This document shows, piece after piece, positions 29,937-38,797 of a stretch of DNA of 64,000 nucleotides. The stretch's first letter is position 1, and each line of letters starts with the position of its first letter. Source of the DNA: Alphaproteobacteria bacterium (GTDB lineage: Bacteria > Pseudomonadota > Alphaproteobacteria > Micropepsales > Micropepsaceae); the NCBI GenBank assembly GCA_016792565.1, contig JAEUMK010000014.1:34968-98967 (forward strand), read 5' to 3'. The position numbers and the translations under genes were made by a program. The notes beneath the pieces were generated by a model. That model was not told the origin of the DNA, did not search any database, and saw nothing but the letters and a program-made list of their open reading frames with translations.

Positions 29937-31547
29937 TTACATCCGCCCGACGCCAAAGGTGTTGGGTCGCACGGTGCGCGCCTCGGCGTCGCGGCACACG
30001 GAGAGGCACATTCCCAGCACCCTGCGGCTGTCGCGCGGGTCGATGAGGCCGTCGTCCCACAGCCGGGCGGTGGCGTAGAGCGCGGTCGATTCCGCGTCGT
30101 ACTGGTCGACGATCATCTTCGCCTGCGCCGCCAGCATCTCGTGCGGCGGCTCCTTGCCGGCCCGGCGCGCGCCGTCCTCGGCGATGATGGTCATCACCTT
30201 GGCCGCCTGCTCGCCGCCCATCACGCTGATGCGGTTGTTGGGCCAGGCGAAGATGAAGCGCGGCCCGAAGGCGCGCCCGCACATGCCGTAATTGCCCGCC
30301 CCGAACGACGCCCCGATATGCAGCGTGATCTTCGGCACCGGCGCATTGGTGACGGCCTGGATCATCTTCGAGCCGTGCTTGACGATTCCGCCGCGCTCGG
30401 CGGTGGGACCGACGATGTAACCCGTCGTGTTCTGCAGGAAGACGAGGGGCGTGCCGCTCTGGGCACAGGCCTGCATGAAATGCGCGGCCTTGGTCGCGCC
30501 GTCCGGGTCGATCGGCCCGTTGTTGCCGATGATGCCGGCCTCGTGCCCCTCGATGCGGGCGAAACCGCAGACCGTCGCTGGACCGTAGGCCGCCTTGAAG
30601 TCGAGCCAGTCGCTGGCGTCCACGATACGGGCGATCACCTCGCGCGCGTCATAGGGCTTGCGATAGTCGGCCGGCACGATGCCGAGGATTTCCTCGGGGT
30701 CATAGGCGGGCGGCGGCGCGGCGGCGGGCGCGCTCACGCGGTCCCATTTCAGCTTCGCCATCACCTCGCGCGCCAGGCGGATGGCGTCGCGGTCGTCCTC
30801 GGCCATCCATTCGCCGAGCCCGGAAACCGTCGCGTGCATCTCCGCGCCGCCCAGTTCCTCGTCGGTCGAGATTTCGCCGGTCGCGGCTTTCAGCAGCGGT
30901 GGCCCGGCGAGGAAGATCTTGGTTTTGCCGCGCACCACGATGACGTAGTCGCTGAGGCCGGGCTGATAGGCCCCGCCCGCCGTCGAGGAGCCGTGCACCA
31001 CGGCGACGACCGGGCATCCCGCCGCCGACAGCCGCGCCAGATTGGCGAAAGTCGCCCCGCCGCGCACGAATAGCTCGGCCTGGCGCAGCAGATTGGCCCC
31101 CGCGCTCTCGACAAGCTGGATATAGGGCAGGCGGTTCTCCAGGGCGATCTGCTGGAGTCTGAGGCACTTGTCGAGGCCATAGGGCGTCGCGGCGCCGCCC
31201 TTGATCGCGCTGTCGCTGGCGTCGATGGCGCAGCGTATCCCTGCGACCGTGCCGATGCCCGAAATGCGTCCGCCGCCGCTGGCGTTCGCCCCGCCGTCGT
31301 CATCGTGGCACCCTAGGCCGCATAGCGTCGAGATTTCCAGCCACTCCGATCCGCGATCGAGCAGAAGGTCGATGCGGTCGCGCGGCGGCAGCTGGCCGCG
31401 CTGGGCGAATTTGGCGGCGGCCTTGTCGCCATGGGCGCGTATGCGCGCCTCGATGGCTCGCACCTCGGCCAGCAGCTTTAGATGCGCCGCCCGGTTCTCG
31501 GCAAAGCGCGCCGCGTGAACGTCGATCTCGGATCTGAAAACCGGCAA
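29937..31547 (-). CDS. Acyl-CoA carboxylase beta (carboxyltransferase) subunit, AtuC-like
   Basis: TTG start after GGGGAG; ESAGANL, HGSSTAGGAY, FLQNTTG, GAGNYGMCGR, YATARLWDDG; adjacent to atuD-like and alpha-subunit genes. Confidence 0.88.
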   Translation of the reverse strand: MPVFRSEIDVHAARFAENRAAHLKLLAEVRAIEARIRAHGDKAAAKFAQRGQLPPRDRIDLLLDRGSEWLEISTLCGLGCHDDDGGANASGGGRISGIGTVAGIRCAIDASDSAIKGGAATPYGLDKCLRLQQIALENRLPYIQLVESAGANLLRQAELFVRGGATFANLARLSAAGCPVVAVVHGSSTAGGAYQPGLSDYVIVVRGKTKIFLAGPPLLKAATGEISTDEELGGAEMHATVSGLGEWMAEDDRDAIRLAREVMAKLKWDRVSAPAAAPPPAYDPEEILGIVPADYRKPYDAREVIARIVDASDWLDFKAAYGPATVCGFARIEGHEAGIIGNNGPIDPDGATKAAHFMQACAQSGTPLVFLQNTTGYIVGPTAERGGIVKHGSKMIQAVTNAPVPKITLHIGASFGAGNYGMCGRAFGPRFIFAWPNNRISVMGGEQAAKVMTIIAEDGARRAGKEPPHEMLAAQAKMIVDQYDAESTALYATARLWDDGLIDPRDSRRVLGMCLSVCRDAEARTVRPNTFGVGRM

Positions 31548-31563
31548 GCGGCGTCTCCCCCTG

Positions 31564-31637
31564 GAGCATCCAAAGGCGCCACGGCAGTTTGATGCTCTTC
31601 GGCGCACGCGAACTTAAGCGCGATTCCGCGTGCGCCG
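31564..31637. other. Two tandem stem-loops in the leader of the carboxylase operon
   Basis: GAGCATC (31564-70)/GATGCTC (31591-97) and CGGCGCACGCG (31600-10)/CGCGTGCGCCG (31627-37). Confidence 0.5.
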
Positions 31638-31661
31638 CCACAGCTTCCGGCTAACGCGAGG

Positions 31662-32030
31662 TCACCCCTTCTTGCCCGGGATGAGCCCGCCCAGGACGCC
31701 GCCGCCGACGCCGCCCGCGACGAGGCTGGTCAGAACCGACATCAGGTCGAAGCCGCCGCCCTGGATCATCGGGATCAACGCAGCGCCGAGGCCGCTCGAT
31801 AGCCCGCCGGCGATCAGCCCGCCGATCGCCTTGGTCATGGCGCTGCCGCTGCTCGTTGCACCGGATACGGCGCCGGCCACGGCGCCCGAGCCGGCGTTGG
31901 CGACGCCTACAGCTCCCAAACCCGCAATGTTGATGCCGAGCTTGCCGACAATCTCGCCGAGCCCCGGCACAAAGCCGAGGATCGCCTGAATGATGACACC
32001 TACAATGGTGCCCAACCCTACGCCTTGCAT
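31662..32030 (-). CDS. Small Gly-rich hydrophobic (glycine-zipper-like) protein
   Basis: GGGGGA RBS, ATG 32030, 122 aa, repeated GxxxG, ends GGVGGGVLGGLIPGKKG. Confidence 0.72.
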   Translation of the reverse strand: MQGVGLGTIVGVIIQAILGFVPGLGEIVGKLGINIAGLGAVGVANAGSGAVAGAVSGATSSGSAMTKAIGGLIAGGLSSGLGAALIPMIQGGGFDLMSVLTSLVAGGVGGGVLGGLIPGKKG

Positions 32031-32150
32031 GTAGTCCCCCTGACTTTATGCGGAAGCCATCGCTAGCCGCCGCTCCGATGGAGACAGCTTAGGTTGGATT
32101 GGCGGAACTGTAGCCTCCCGCGCGGCGATGCGCCGCACAGGCGGGCGCGA

Positions 32151-32190
32151 CCTCCTCCGGGCGCTCGGCTGAATGATCGCCCGGAGGAGG
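32151..32190. terminator. Perfect 13-bp stem-loop downstream of the vWA gene
   Basis: CCTCCTCCGGGCG / CGCCCGGAGGAGG with a 14-nt loop; no U-tract. Confidence 0.45.
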
Positions 32191-32237
32191 CGCCGCGGCG
32201 GACCGTCTTGGCCGCCGCAGCCCAGTGGACGCGGGCG

Positions 32238-33968
32238 CTACTCGCCGCCGGCGCCGTTCATGCCGAGTGCCGGCAGCGCCGCCGCGCTTTGCGCAAGGCG
32301 CACGAGGCTGAGAAACTCGGCGCGGTAGCCAAAGCTGTCGGTGCCCTTGCCGGCGGTGCCGAGGCGAATGACGTCGTCATAGCCAAAGGATTTCAGATAG
32401 GGATCGGCCCTCAGGATCTGCGCGAACCCTGCGACCGCCGCCGCGAACTTGAAATCCAGCGGCAGGGCATCGACGCTGGCACGGACGTCGGCCTGGGTGA
32501 CGGGTCGCTCGATCAGTTTCGAGGCCGTCTCGCCGGGCAGTTTGTAGCGCATCTTGAGATAGGCGATCTCCCCGCACTCGGCCGTTCCCGAGGACAGCGC
32601 ACCGTAGCGCAGCGGCTCGGTCAGCCGGCCCTCGCTGCCGACCGGCGTAATCTCGTACAGCGCCGTCACGCGGTGGCCCGCGCCGATGTCGCCTGCGTCG
32701 ACCTTGTCGTTGTTGAAGTCAGCGGTCTCGAGCATGCGCGTCTCGTAGCCGATGAGACGATACTCGGCGACGCATTTGGGATTGAACTCGACCTGGAACT
32801 TGACATCTCCGGCGATGGTGAAGACGGTGCCGGCCATCTCGTCGACGAGCACCTTGCGCGCTTCGTTCAGCGTGTCGATATAGGCGGCGTTGCCGTTGCC
32901 TGCCTGGGCCAGCGTCTGCATCATCGCATCGTTGTAGTTGCCAGCGCCGAAGCCGAGCACGGTCAGCGTCACGCCGCTGTCGCGCTTGCGGGTCACGAAA
33001 TCCTCGAGCTGCTGGGGATCGGTGATGCCGACATTGAAGTCGCCGTCGGTCGCCAAGATTACGCGGTTGACGCCGCCCTTGATCAGGTTGGCTTCGGCCA
33101 GTTCGTAGGCGCGGCGGATGCCTTCGCCGCCCGCCGTCGATCCGCCTGCGGAGAGATTGTTGATCGCCTGTGTGATCTTCAGCGTCTCGTTGCCCGCCGT
33201 CGGTTCCAGAACGACACCGGCATTGCCGGCATATACGACGATCGAGATGCGGTCGCGCGCCGTCATCTCTTTGGCCAGCATCGACAAGGATTTCTGCAGG
33301 AGTGGCAGCTTGTCGGGATCCTCCATTGAGCCGGACACGTCGAGCAGCAGCACGAGGTTCACCGGCGGCCGCTCGCCTTGCGGCAGGCCGTATCCCTGGA
33401 TGCCGATATGCAGCACCTCGGTCTTGTCGTTCCAGGGCGTGGGATAAACCGCAACGCTTGGTTCGAACGGCCTCTCGCGGATCGCGGGCAGCGCGTAGTC
33501 GTAGTCGAAGTAGTTCACCATCTCCTCGATGCGTACCGCGTCGCGCGGCGGCAGGCGGCCGTCGTTGAGATGGCGGCGCACCACAGAGTAGCTTGCCGTG
33601 TCGACATCGGCCGAGAAGGTGGAAACCGGCTCGTCGGCGACGATTCTCACCGGGTTCGGCTTGGCGTCGGGATAGCGCTCGCGGTCCTCAGGCGAGGCAT
33701 AGGGCAGCGCCGCGGGGGCGGCCTCGGTCATCACCGTCCCGTTCACGGTGCTGGCCGGGGCGAGCGGCGCCCGCTTCTGGGCGACCGGCATGTCCGAGTA
33801 TTCCTCGTCGCGGACCGCGGCGAGTGCGTCGTCCGCCTCGGCGGCCTTCGTGCGCGTCCGGGCATCGTCGCCGCGTCCGGACCCTGGCATCTGCCCGCAG
33901 GCGGCGAGCATGGCGGCTGAAATCATGAGTGCCGGCAGCAGCCGGCCGAGAGCGTTGGCGTGAGCCAT
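32238..33968 (-). CDS. vWA-domain lipoprotein, YfbK-like (vWF_A + VWA + DUF3520)
   Basis: Start MAHANA; lipobox MLAA-C; STFSADVDTASY, MIDAS DVSGS, ATDGDFNVG, DAGDIGAGH. Confidence 0.9.
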   Translation of the reverse strand: MAHANALGRLLPALMISAAMLAACGQMPGSGRGDDARTRTKAAEADDALAAVRDEEYSDMPVAQKRAPLAPASTVNGTVMTEAAPAALPYASPEDRERYPDAKPNPVRIVADEPVSTFSADVDTASYSVVRRHLNDGRLPPRDAVRIEEMVNYFDYDYALPAIRERPFEPSVAVYPTPWNDKTEVLHIGIQGYGLPQGERPPVNLVLLLDVSGSMEDPDKLPLLQKSLSMLAKEMTARDRISIVVYAGNAGVVLEPTAGNETLKITQAINNLSAGGSTAGGEGIRRAYELAEANLIKGGVNRVILATDGDFNVGITDPQQLEDFVTRKRDSGVTLTVLGFGAGNYNDAMMQTLAQAGNGNAAYIDTLNEARKVLVDEMAGTVFTIAGDVKFQVEFNPKCVAEYRLIGYETRMLETADFNNDKVDAGDIGAGHRVTALYEITPVGSEGRLTEPLRYGALSSGTAECGEIAYLKMRYKLPGETASKLIERPVTQADVRASVDALPLDFKFAAAVAGFAQILRADPYLKSFGYDDVIRLGTAGKGTDSFGYRAEFLSLVRLAQSAAALPALGMNGAGGE

Positions 33969-34069
33969 GGAAATCCCCGTACGCGTGTGACCAGCCGAGG
34001 ATCGAAGGCTCGACGCCGAATGAGCCGCCCGAAGGGCAGCCGCGTGGCGAAAAAGCGGCGGCGCAGAGC

Positions 34070-34414
34070 CTATCCGCCCTTGGCCGCCTTGTGGGCGCGC
34101 AGCGCTGCGTTGTAGGCGGCGGCCACCTCTTCCTTCTCGCGCTGGTTCGCCTCGATCAGCGCCATGGCGTTCACCTTGTCCTGGGACGACATCTTTTCGT
34201 CCGGGTCGGCGATCACCGCCAGGATGCAGGATTGATAGTCGTCGGACTCGCGGATGTATTGCTCGACCTCGCGCTTCACGGCCTTGATCTCGGCCGCCGA
34301 GGCGCTCGCGCCGTCGGGGATGACGGGAGCATAGGGTTCCGAACAGCGCTCGGTTCCGGCCATTGCGGCGGGACTCAGCAGGAATACGGCGATGCAGGCG
34401 GCGAGAAGGCGCAT
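34070..34414 (-). CDS. Small exported hypothetical protein with two Cys
   Basis: GGAG RBS, signal peptide ending AMA, C24 and C63, helical C-terminus. Confidence 0.75.
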   Translation of the reverse strand: MRLLAACIAVFLLSPAAMAGTERCSEPYAPVIPDGASASAAEIKAVKREVEQYIRESDDYQSCILAVIADPDEKMSSQDKVNAMALIEANQREKEEVAAAYNAALRAHKAAKGG

Positions 34415-34537
34415 GGCGGGCTCCGGTGAGGGCGGTCGGCGGCCCAGAAGCCACGCGACGGTGCTGCGATCAAGAGCCGACGATCATCCGCGGCGCCTGA
34501 ACCGTGCTTGAACGGCGGCAGCCCGTCGCTCCGTCGC

Positions 34538-35149
34538 TCAGACCATCGCCTGATAGGGCGGCGCGGGATCGTACTCCATCCCCTTCTGGGTGGCGCGGGC
34601 GAGGTCGGGCGACCAGATCTGACCGGTCAGCCAAAGCGCCATGTCGATGCCGGCCGACACGCCCGCCGCGGTCAGCACGTTGCCGTCGCGGACATAGCGC
34701 ATGTCGGCGCGCACCTCCCGCGCTTCGCCCCGCGCCCGCAGCTGTTCGACAAATCCCCAATGGGTGGTCACGACCTTGTCCCGCGCCGGCCCTGCGGCGG
34801 TCAGTAGCAGCGCCCCGGTGCAGACGCTGGTCACCCAGCGTGCGCCCTCGGCCTGGACGCGGATCCACTCCAGCATCGCCGTGTTTTCGGCCTCGCGCCG
34901 CGTGCCCATGCCGCCAGGCACCAACAGGATGTCGGCCTTGGGCGCGTCGGTGAAGGAATGGTCTGCCAAGACGCGCAGCCCCTTGGCGCAGCGCACTGAC
35001 CCGCCGTTCTGCGACACGGTGAAGACGTGTGGAGGCTCGGCCTCGCGCTTCTGCAAGGCGATCACGTTGCCGGCCATGGTGAAGACCTCCCACGGACCGA
35101 CGAAGTCCAGTTCTTCGGCGTCGTCGAAGATAAGGATGGCGATGTTCAA
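34538..35149 (-). CDS. DJ-1/PfpI family protein
   Basis: TTG start overlapping the upstream TGA; ELDFVGPWEVF, VPGG, SVCTG, AGVSAGID, EYDPAPP. Confidence 0.88.
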   Translation of the reverse strand: MNIAILIFDDAEELDFVGPWEVFTMAGNVIALQKREAEPPHVFTVSQNGGSVRCAKGLRVLADHSFTDAPKADILLVPGGMGTRREAENTAMLEWIRVQAEGARWVTSVCTGALLLTAAGPARDKVVTTHWGFVEQLRARGEAREVRADMRYVRDGNVLTAAGVSAGIDMALWLTGQIWSPDLARATQKGMEYDPAPPYQAMV

Positions 35150-35844
35150 GGCGCGATCTCCCGGTGAGCGCTGCGGGCAGCCTCCAGCGCCGGCCGCATG
35201 CCGGCCGCCAGAGGCGTGAAGAACGAGGATAGGGCCGCCGTCAGTTCCGGCGGGGCCTCGTCGGGGTGGCCCGACGCGAAGGGCGGGGCAGGCCGGTACT
35301 CGATGCCGAGCTGTACCGTGCGAGCCGCATTCTCTCCCAGGAGTTCGGCGACGCAGGTGATCGCCATGTCTATGCCGGCCGTGACGCCGCCACCGGTGAT
35401 GCGATTGCGGTCGCGGACCACGCGTCCCGGCGTGTAGATGGCGCCGACGGCGGGGAGGAGATCGCGAAAGCCCCAATGGGTCGTCGCGCGATAGCCGTCC
35501 AGAAGGCCTGCCGCGCCGAGGATCAGCGATCCCGTGCAGACCGACGTGACGAATCGTGCGCCCGCCGCCTGGCGGCGCAGGAACTCCAGCACCTCGGCGT
35601 CCTCGTGCATCGGCGCCTGAGCCAGGCCGCCCGGCACGCAGATCACATCGAGTTGCGGGCAGTCCGCGAAATTCCGCGTCGCCGATATGGTGAGGCCGGT
35701 GTCGGAGGCCACGGGTAGCGTGTCCTTCCAGACGACATGGGTCTCGATGCCGGGCGTCGAGACGAACACCTGATAGGGGCCTGTAAGATCGAGCTGTGTG
35801 AGGCCGGGGTAGAGCAACAAACCGGCCTGGAATCTGGCGCTCAT
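35146..35844 (-). CDS. DJ-1/PfpI family, isonitrile hydratase (InhA)-like
   Basis: TQLDLTGP, CVPGG, TSVCTGSL, GGGVTAGID, EYRPAPPFASG. Confidence 0.88.
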   Translation of the reverse strand: MSARFQAGLLLYPGLTQLDLTGPYQVFVSTPGIETHVVWKDTLPVASDTGLTISATRNFADCPQLDVICVPGGLAQAPMHEDAEVLEFLRRQAAGARFVTSVCTGSLILGAAGLLDGYRATTHWGFRDLLPAVGAIYTPGRVVRDRNRITGGGVTAGIDMAITCVAELLGENAARTVQLGIEYRPAPPFASGHPDEAPPELTAALSSFFTPLAAGMRPALEAARSAHREIAP

Positions 35845-36845
35845 GGGAGTGTCCTTTGCGTGGTGGCGAAGCGGGCGCGGTAGTCGGCGGGACTGACGCC
35901 CAGCGTGCGATGAAAGGCGCGCCGCATGGTTTCCGCGCTCGAGAAGCCGCACTGCGCGGCGACCCGCTTGGCGACGGCGTGCGGTGCGCCGAGCCCGCGC
36001 CGCGCCGCATCGACGCGCATCCGCTCGACATAGTCGGCGGGCGTCGTGCCCAGTTCCTCGCGGAAGGCGCGCAGGAGCGAGCGTTCCGACAAGCCCGCCG
36101 CAGCGGCGAGCACGGGACTGCGCAGATCGCCGTCCAGGTGGGCGGCGATGTAGCGCCGCGCGGCGGCGGTGCGCGCACCTGCACTCTGCGTCTGGAGTTC
36201 GGCGCTGAATTGCGACTGGCCGCCCGGTCGCATCATGTAGAGGACATGGCGCCGGGCGACGGCCAGCGCGGCCTCGCGCCCGACATCGTGCTCGATCAGC
36301 GCCAGCGCGAGGTCCATCCCGGCGGTGATGCCTGCCGAGGTCCAAATGTCGCCATCGCGCACATAGATCGCATCGGGCTCCAGTCGCACCTTGGGGAAGA
36401 CCCGGGCCATCTCGGCGGCGGCGTTCCAGTGCGTCGTCGCGCGCTTGCCGTCGAGCAGCCCGGCGGCGGCGAGAATGGCGGAGCCCGAACAGACCGAGGC
36501 GATCCGCCGGACGTGGCGCCCCGCCCGCGCGACGAAGTCGATGAGTGCCTTGTTGCGCAGCGCCTTCAGCGTGCCGTCGCCGCCGGCAACCATGAAGGTG
36601 TGCACGCGTTTCAGTTCCGCGTCGGCGATGTCCGCGAAGGCGCGGTCGGCGACGAGTCGAAGGCCTGCCGTCGTCGCCAGCGGCCCAGCCCGCTCGGCCG
36701 CAAGCTCGATTTCATAGATCTGCGGTGCGGCGCGATCTGTCTCGTTGGCCGAGGCCAGGATCTCCAGTGGACCGGTCACGTCGAGAATCTGGCAGTTTTC
36801 GAAGGCGAGCATCAGCACGCGGCGGGGTGGGAGGTCCTCGGACAT
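35841..36845 (-). CDS. GlxA/InhR-family AraC regulator with DJ-1-like sensor domain
   Basis: ILDVTGP, SVCSG, TSAGITAG, RPGGQSQFS, double HTH ending SPADYR. Confidence 0.93.
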   Translation of the reverse strand: MSEDLPPRRVLMLAFENCQILDVTGPLEILASANETDRAAPQIYEIELAAERAGPLATTAGLRLVADRAFADIADAELKRVHTFMVAGGDGTLKALRNKALIDFVARAGRHVRRIASVCSGSAILAAAGLLDGKRATTHWNAAAEMARVFPKVRLEPDAIYVRDGDIWTSAGITAGMDLALALIEHDVGREAALAVARRHVLYMMRPGGQSQFSAELQTQSAGARTAAARRYIAAHLDGDLRSPVLAAAAGLSERSLLRAFREELGTTPADYVERMRVDAARRGLGAPHAVAKRVAAQCGFSSAETMRRAFHRTLGVSPADYRARFATTQRTLP

Positions 36846-36951
36846 GGGCCTATCCTACGCGCTCCTTCTCTGGCGGAAACGCCAATATCACCACGATTTC
36901 CGCCAGCGCTCGATACGGACCGTTGGATCGGCCGCTCGAGCGCCATAGACT

Positions 36952-37554
36952 TTGGCCAAATCTCTGCAGAGCCGCGCCGTGCCCGTTCGCCTCGCTGTCA
37001 TTCTCGTCGATCGCTTCGCCGATTGGGAGCACGGGTTCCTTACCGCGCCGGTGCGCGACTTCTTCCAGGGCGAGGTGAGATTCCAGACGCCAGGAGGCCG
37101 CACGGTAACGTCGGAGGGCGGAATGCGGGCTCTGGCCGATGGGGCGATCGAGACCCTGACGCCGAGTGACTTCGACGCCTTGGCGGTCATCGGCTCGTCG
37201 GCGTGGTTCGGCGGCGATGCGCCCGACATCACGGCGCTCGTGCAGGCCGCCGATCGCGCCGGACGAGTCGTCGGCTTCATCTGCGGTGCGACTCTCGCCG
37301 CCGCGCGGGCCGGGTTGCTTGATGCACGCGCCCATACCAGCAACGACGCAGCCACACTGTCCAAGGCAGCGGCCTATCGCGGCGCGGCGCACTACTGCGA
37401 CGTGCGCCGCGCCGTGCGCGACGGCAACCTCATCTCTGCCCCCGGTTTCGCGCCGCGCAGCTTCGCCTACGAGATGGTTGCCGCGTTGTACCCCGCCGAG
37501 TCGACCAATCTCGGCTATCTGAAGGCCGAACTGACCGCGGAAGACTTCGCCTAG
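36952..37554 (+). CDS. DJ-1/PfpI family (YoaZ-like); start uncertain (TTG 36952 or GTG 36979)
   Basis: FADWE, GFICGAT, HTSN, AVRDGNLISA. Confidence 0.85.
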   Translation: MAKSLQSRAVPVRLAVILVDRFADWEHGFLTAPVRDFFQGEVRFQTPGGRTVTSEGGMRALADGAIETLTPSDFDALAVIGSSAWFGGDAPDITALVQAADRAGRVVGFICGATLAAARAGLLDARAHTSNDAATLSKAAAYRGAAHYCDVRRAVRDGNLISAPGFAPRSFAYEMVAALYPAESTNLGYLKAELTAEDFA

Positions 37555-38624
37555 AGCGTCGCCAGCGCACCGGCGAGGCCCGGGATGGGCATACCCTTGT
37601 TGACGCGAGGCGTGCAGTCGACGAGACCGCGCATGTCGAAGCCGTGCGCGTCCGCGAGGTCCTCGATGTAGCGGCGGCTGTGCGACCAGCGCCGCGTCTC
37701 CTGCAGCATGAAGGGCGCCTCGCCCTCGTGCCGCTCGACGGTGAACAGGAAGAGGCCGCCCGGCTTCAGCACCCGCCTGATGCCGGCGAAGACCGCGGCG
37801 AGATCGCCAATATAGACGAAGACGTCGGCCGCCACGACGCGACCGAAGCGGCGCCGCGTCGTGGCGAGGTAGGCTTCGATGTCGGCGACCTCCAGCGCGT
37901 CGTAGAGGCCGCCGGCTTCGGCCTGGGCGATCATCTGAGGGCTGAGATCGACGCCGGCCAGCGTCGTTGCGCAGGGCCGGAAGGCCGGGGCGGCGAGCCC
38001 TGTGCCGCAACCCAGATCCAGCGTCGGCGTCTTGCGCAGCCGCCCACCCGCCACCAGCGCTCCCAGTTCGGCGAGAATCTCGGGCGCGCGGTAGGCCAGC
38101 GTCCCACGCATCCGCGTGTCGTAGTCGGCGGCGAACTGATCGAAGAGATGGCGCACATAGCCGGCGTCGGAGCGCGCCAGCGCCTGCATGGCGTCCAGCC
38201 GATCTCGCAACCCGTCCGATGCTTCACCCAGCGCCTCGGCCCGCGCCAGGTGTTCGCCCGCCTTCGCCGCCTCGCCGGCGTCGGCCCAGGCCTCGGCGAG
38301 CGCCAGCTCCGCCGCGCCGCAATCCCGGTCGATCCGCAAGGCGCGCTGGTACTCAGCGATCGCGGCAGGCAGGGCGCCGTTGGCAGCGAGCGAACGCCCG
38401 AACGCTACCGCAGCCTCGGGCCAGTCTCGGCCAAGCGCCACGGCTTCGCGCAGCACCGCCACCGCCTCGCCCGTCCGCCCGCAGGCGAGAAGCGCCTGCC
38501 CAAGCGTCAATTGCCCAAGCGGCCCCAGGCGGCCCGCCGCGGCAAGCGGTTCGAGTATTGCCAGTGCCTCGGACGGGTGTCCAAGAGCGACGAGGTGAAG
38601 AGCCTGATCGACGGGGTTATCCAC
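37551..38624 (-). CDS. TPR-repeat SAM-dependent methyltransferase (COG4976-like)
   Basis: N-terminal TPR-like helices; YVRHLFDQFAADYD, LDLGCGTG, AADVFVYIG. Confidence 0.9.
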   Translation of the reverse strand: MDNPVDQALHLVALGHPSEALAILEPLAAAGRLGPLGQLTLGQALLACGRTGEAVAVLREAVALGRDWPEAAVAFGRSLAANGALPAAIAEYQRALRIDRDCGAAELALAEAWADAGEAAKAGEHLARAEALGEASDGLRDRLDAMQALARSDAGYVRHLFDQFAADYDTRMRGTLAYRAPEILAELGALVAGGRLRKTPTLDLGCGTGLAAPAFRPCATTLAGVDLSPQMIAQAEAGGLYDALEVADIEAYLATTRRRFGRVVAADVFVYIGDLAAVFAGIRRVLKPGGLFLFTVERHEGEAPFMLQETRRWSHSRRYIEDLADAHGFDMRGLVDCTPRVNKGMPIPGLAGALATL

Positions 38625-38633
38625 TTGCGGGGC

Positions 38634-38771
38634 TCAAGGCGCGACCCGCGCCGGCGCTTCGGGGCCAAGCGAAGCGACGACGGTCGAGCCACAGGGAAAG
38701 CCCACAACAAAGCCTGCCAGCAGGATCAGCGCGCCGCGCACGACGAGCAGGCCCTGCAGCGGCCTTTCCAT
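38634..38771 (-). CDS. 45-aa single-TM small ORF or truncated membrane-protein relic
   Basis: AAGGA RBS, ATG 38771, MERPLQGLLVVRGALILLAGFVVGFPCG..., stop 10 nt before the next start. Confidence 0.4.
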   Translation of the reverse strand: MERPLQGLLVVRGALILLAGFVVGFPCGSTVVASLGPEAPARVAP

Positions 38772-38797
38772 GGACGTCCTTTTCCGGCCGTAACCGC

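Noticed and set aside
33969-34454. 161-aa N-terminal extension of the vWA ORF; similar extensions at 8254..9759, 38798..39853, 45824..46879 and 48026
   Set aside because: The extensions overlap other genes or the ncRNA. RBS, signal peptide or family start lie downstream.
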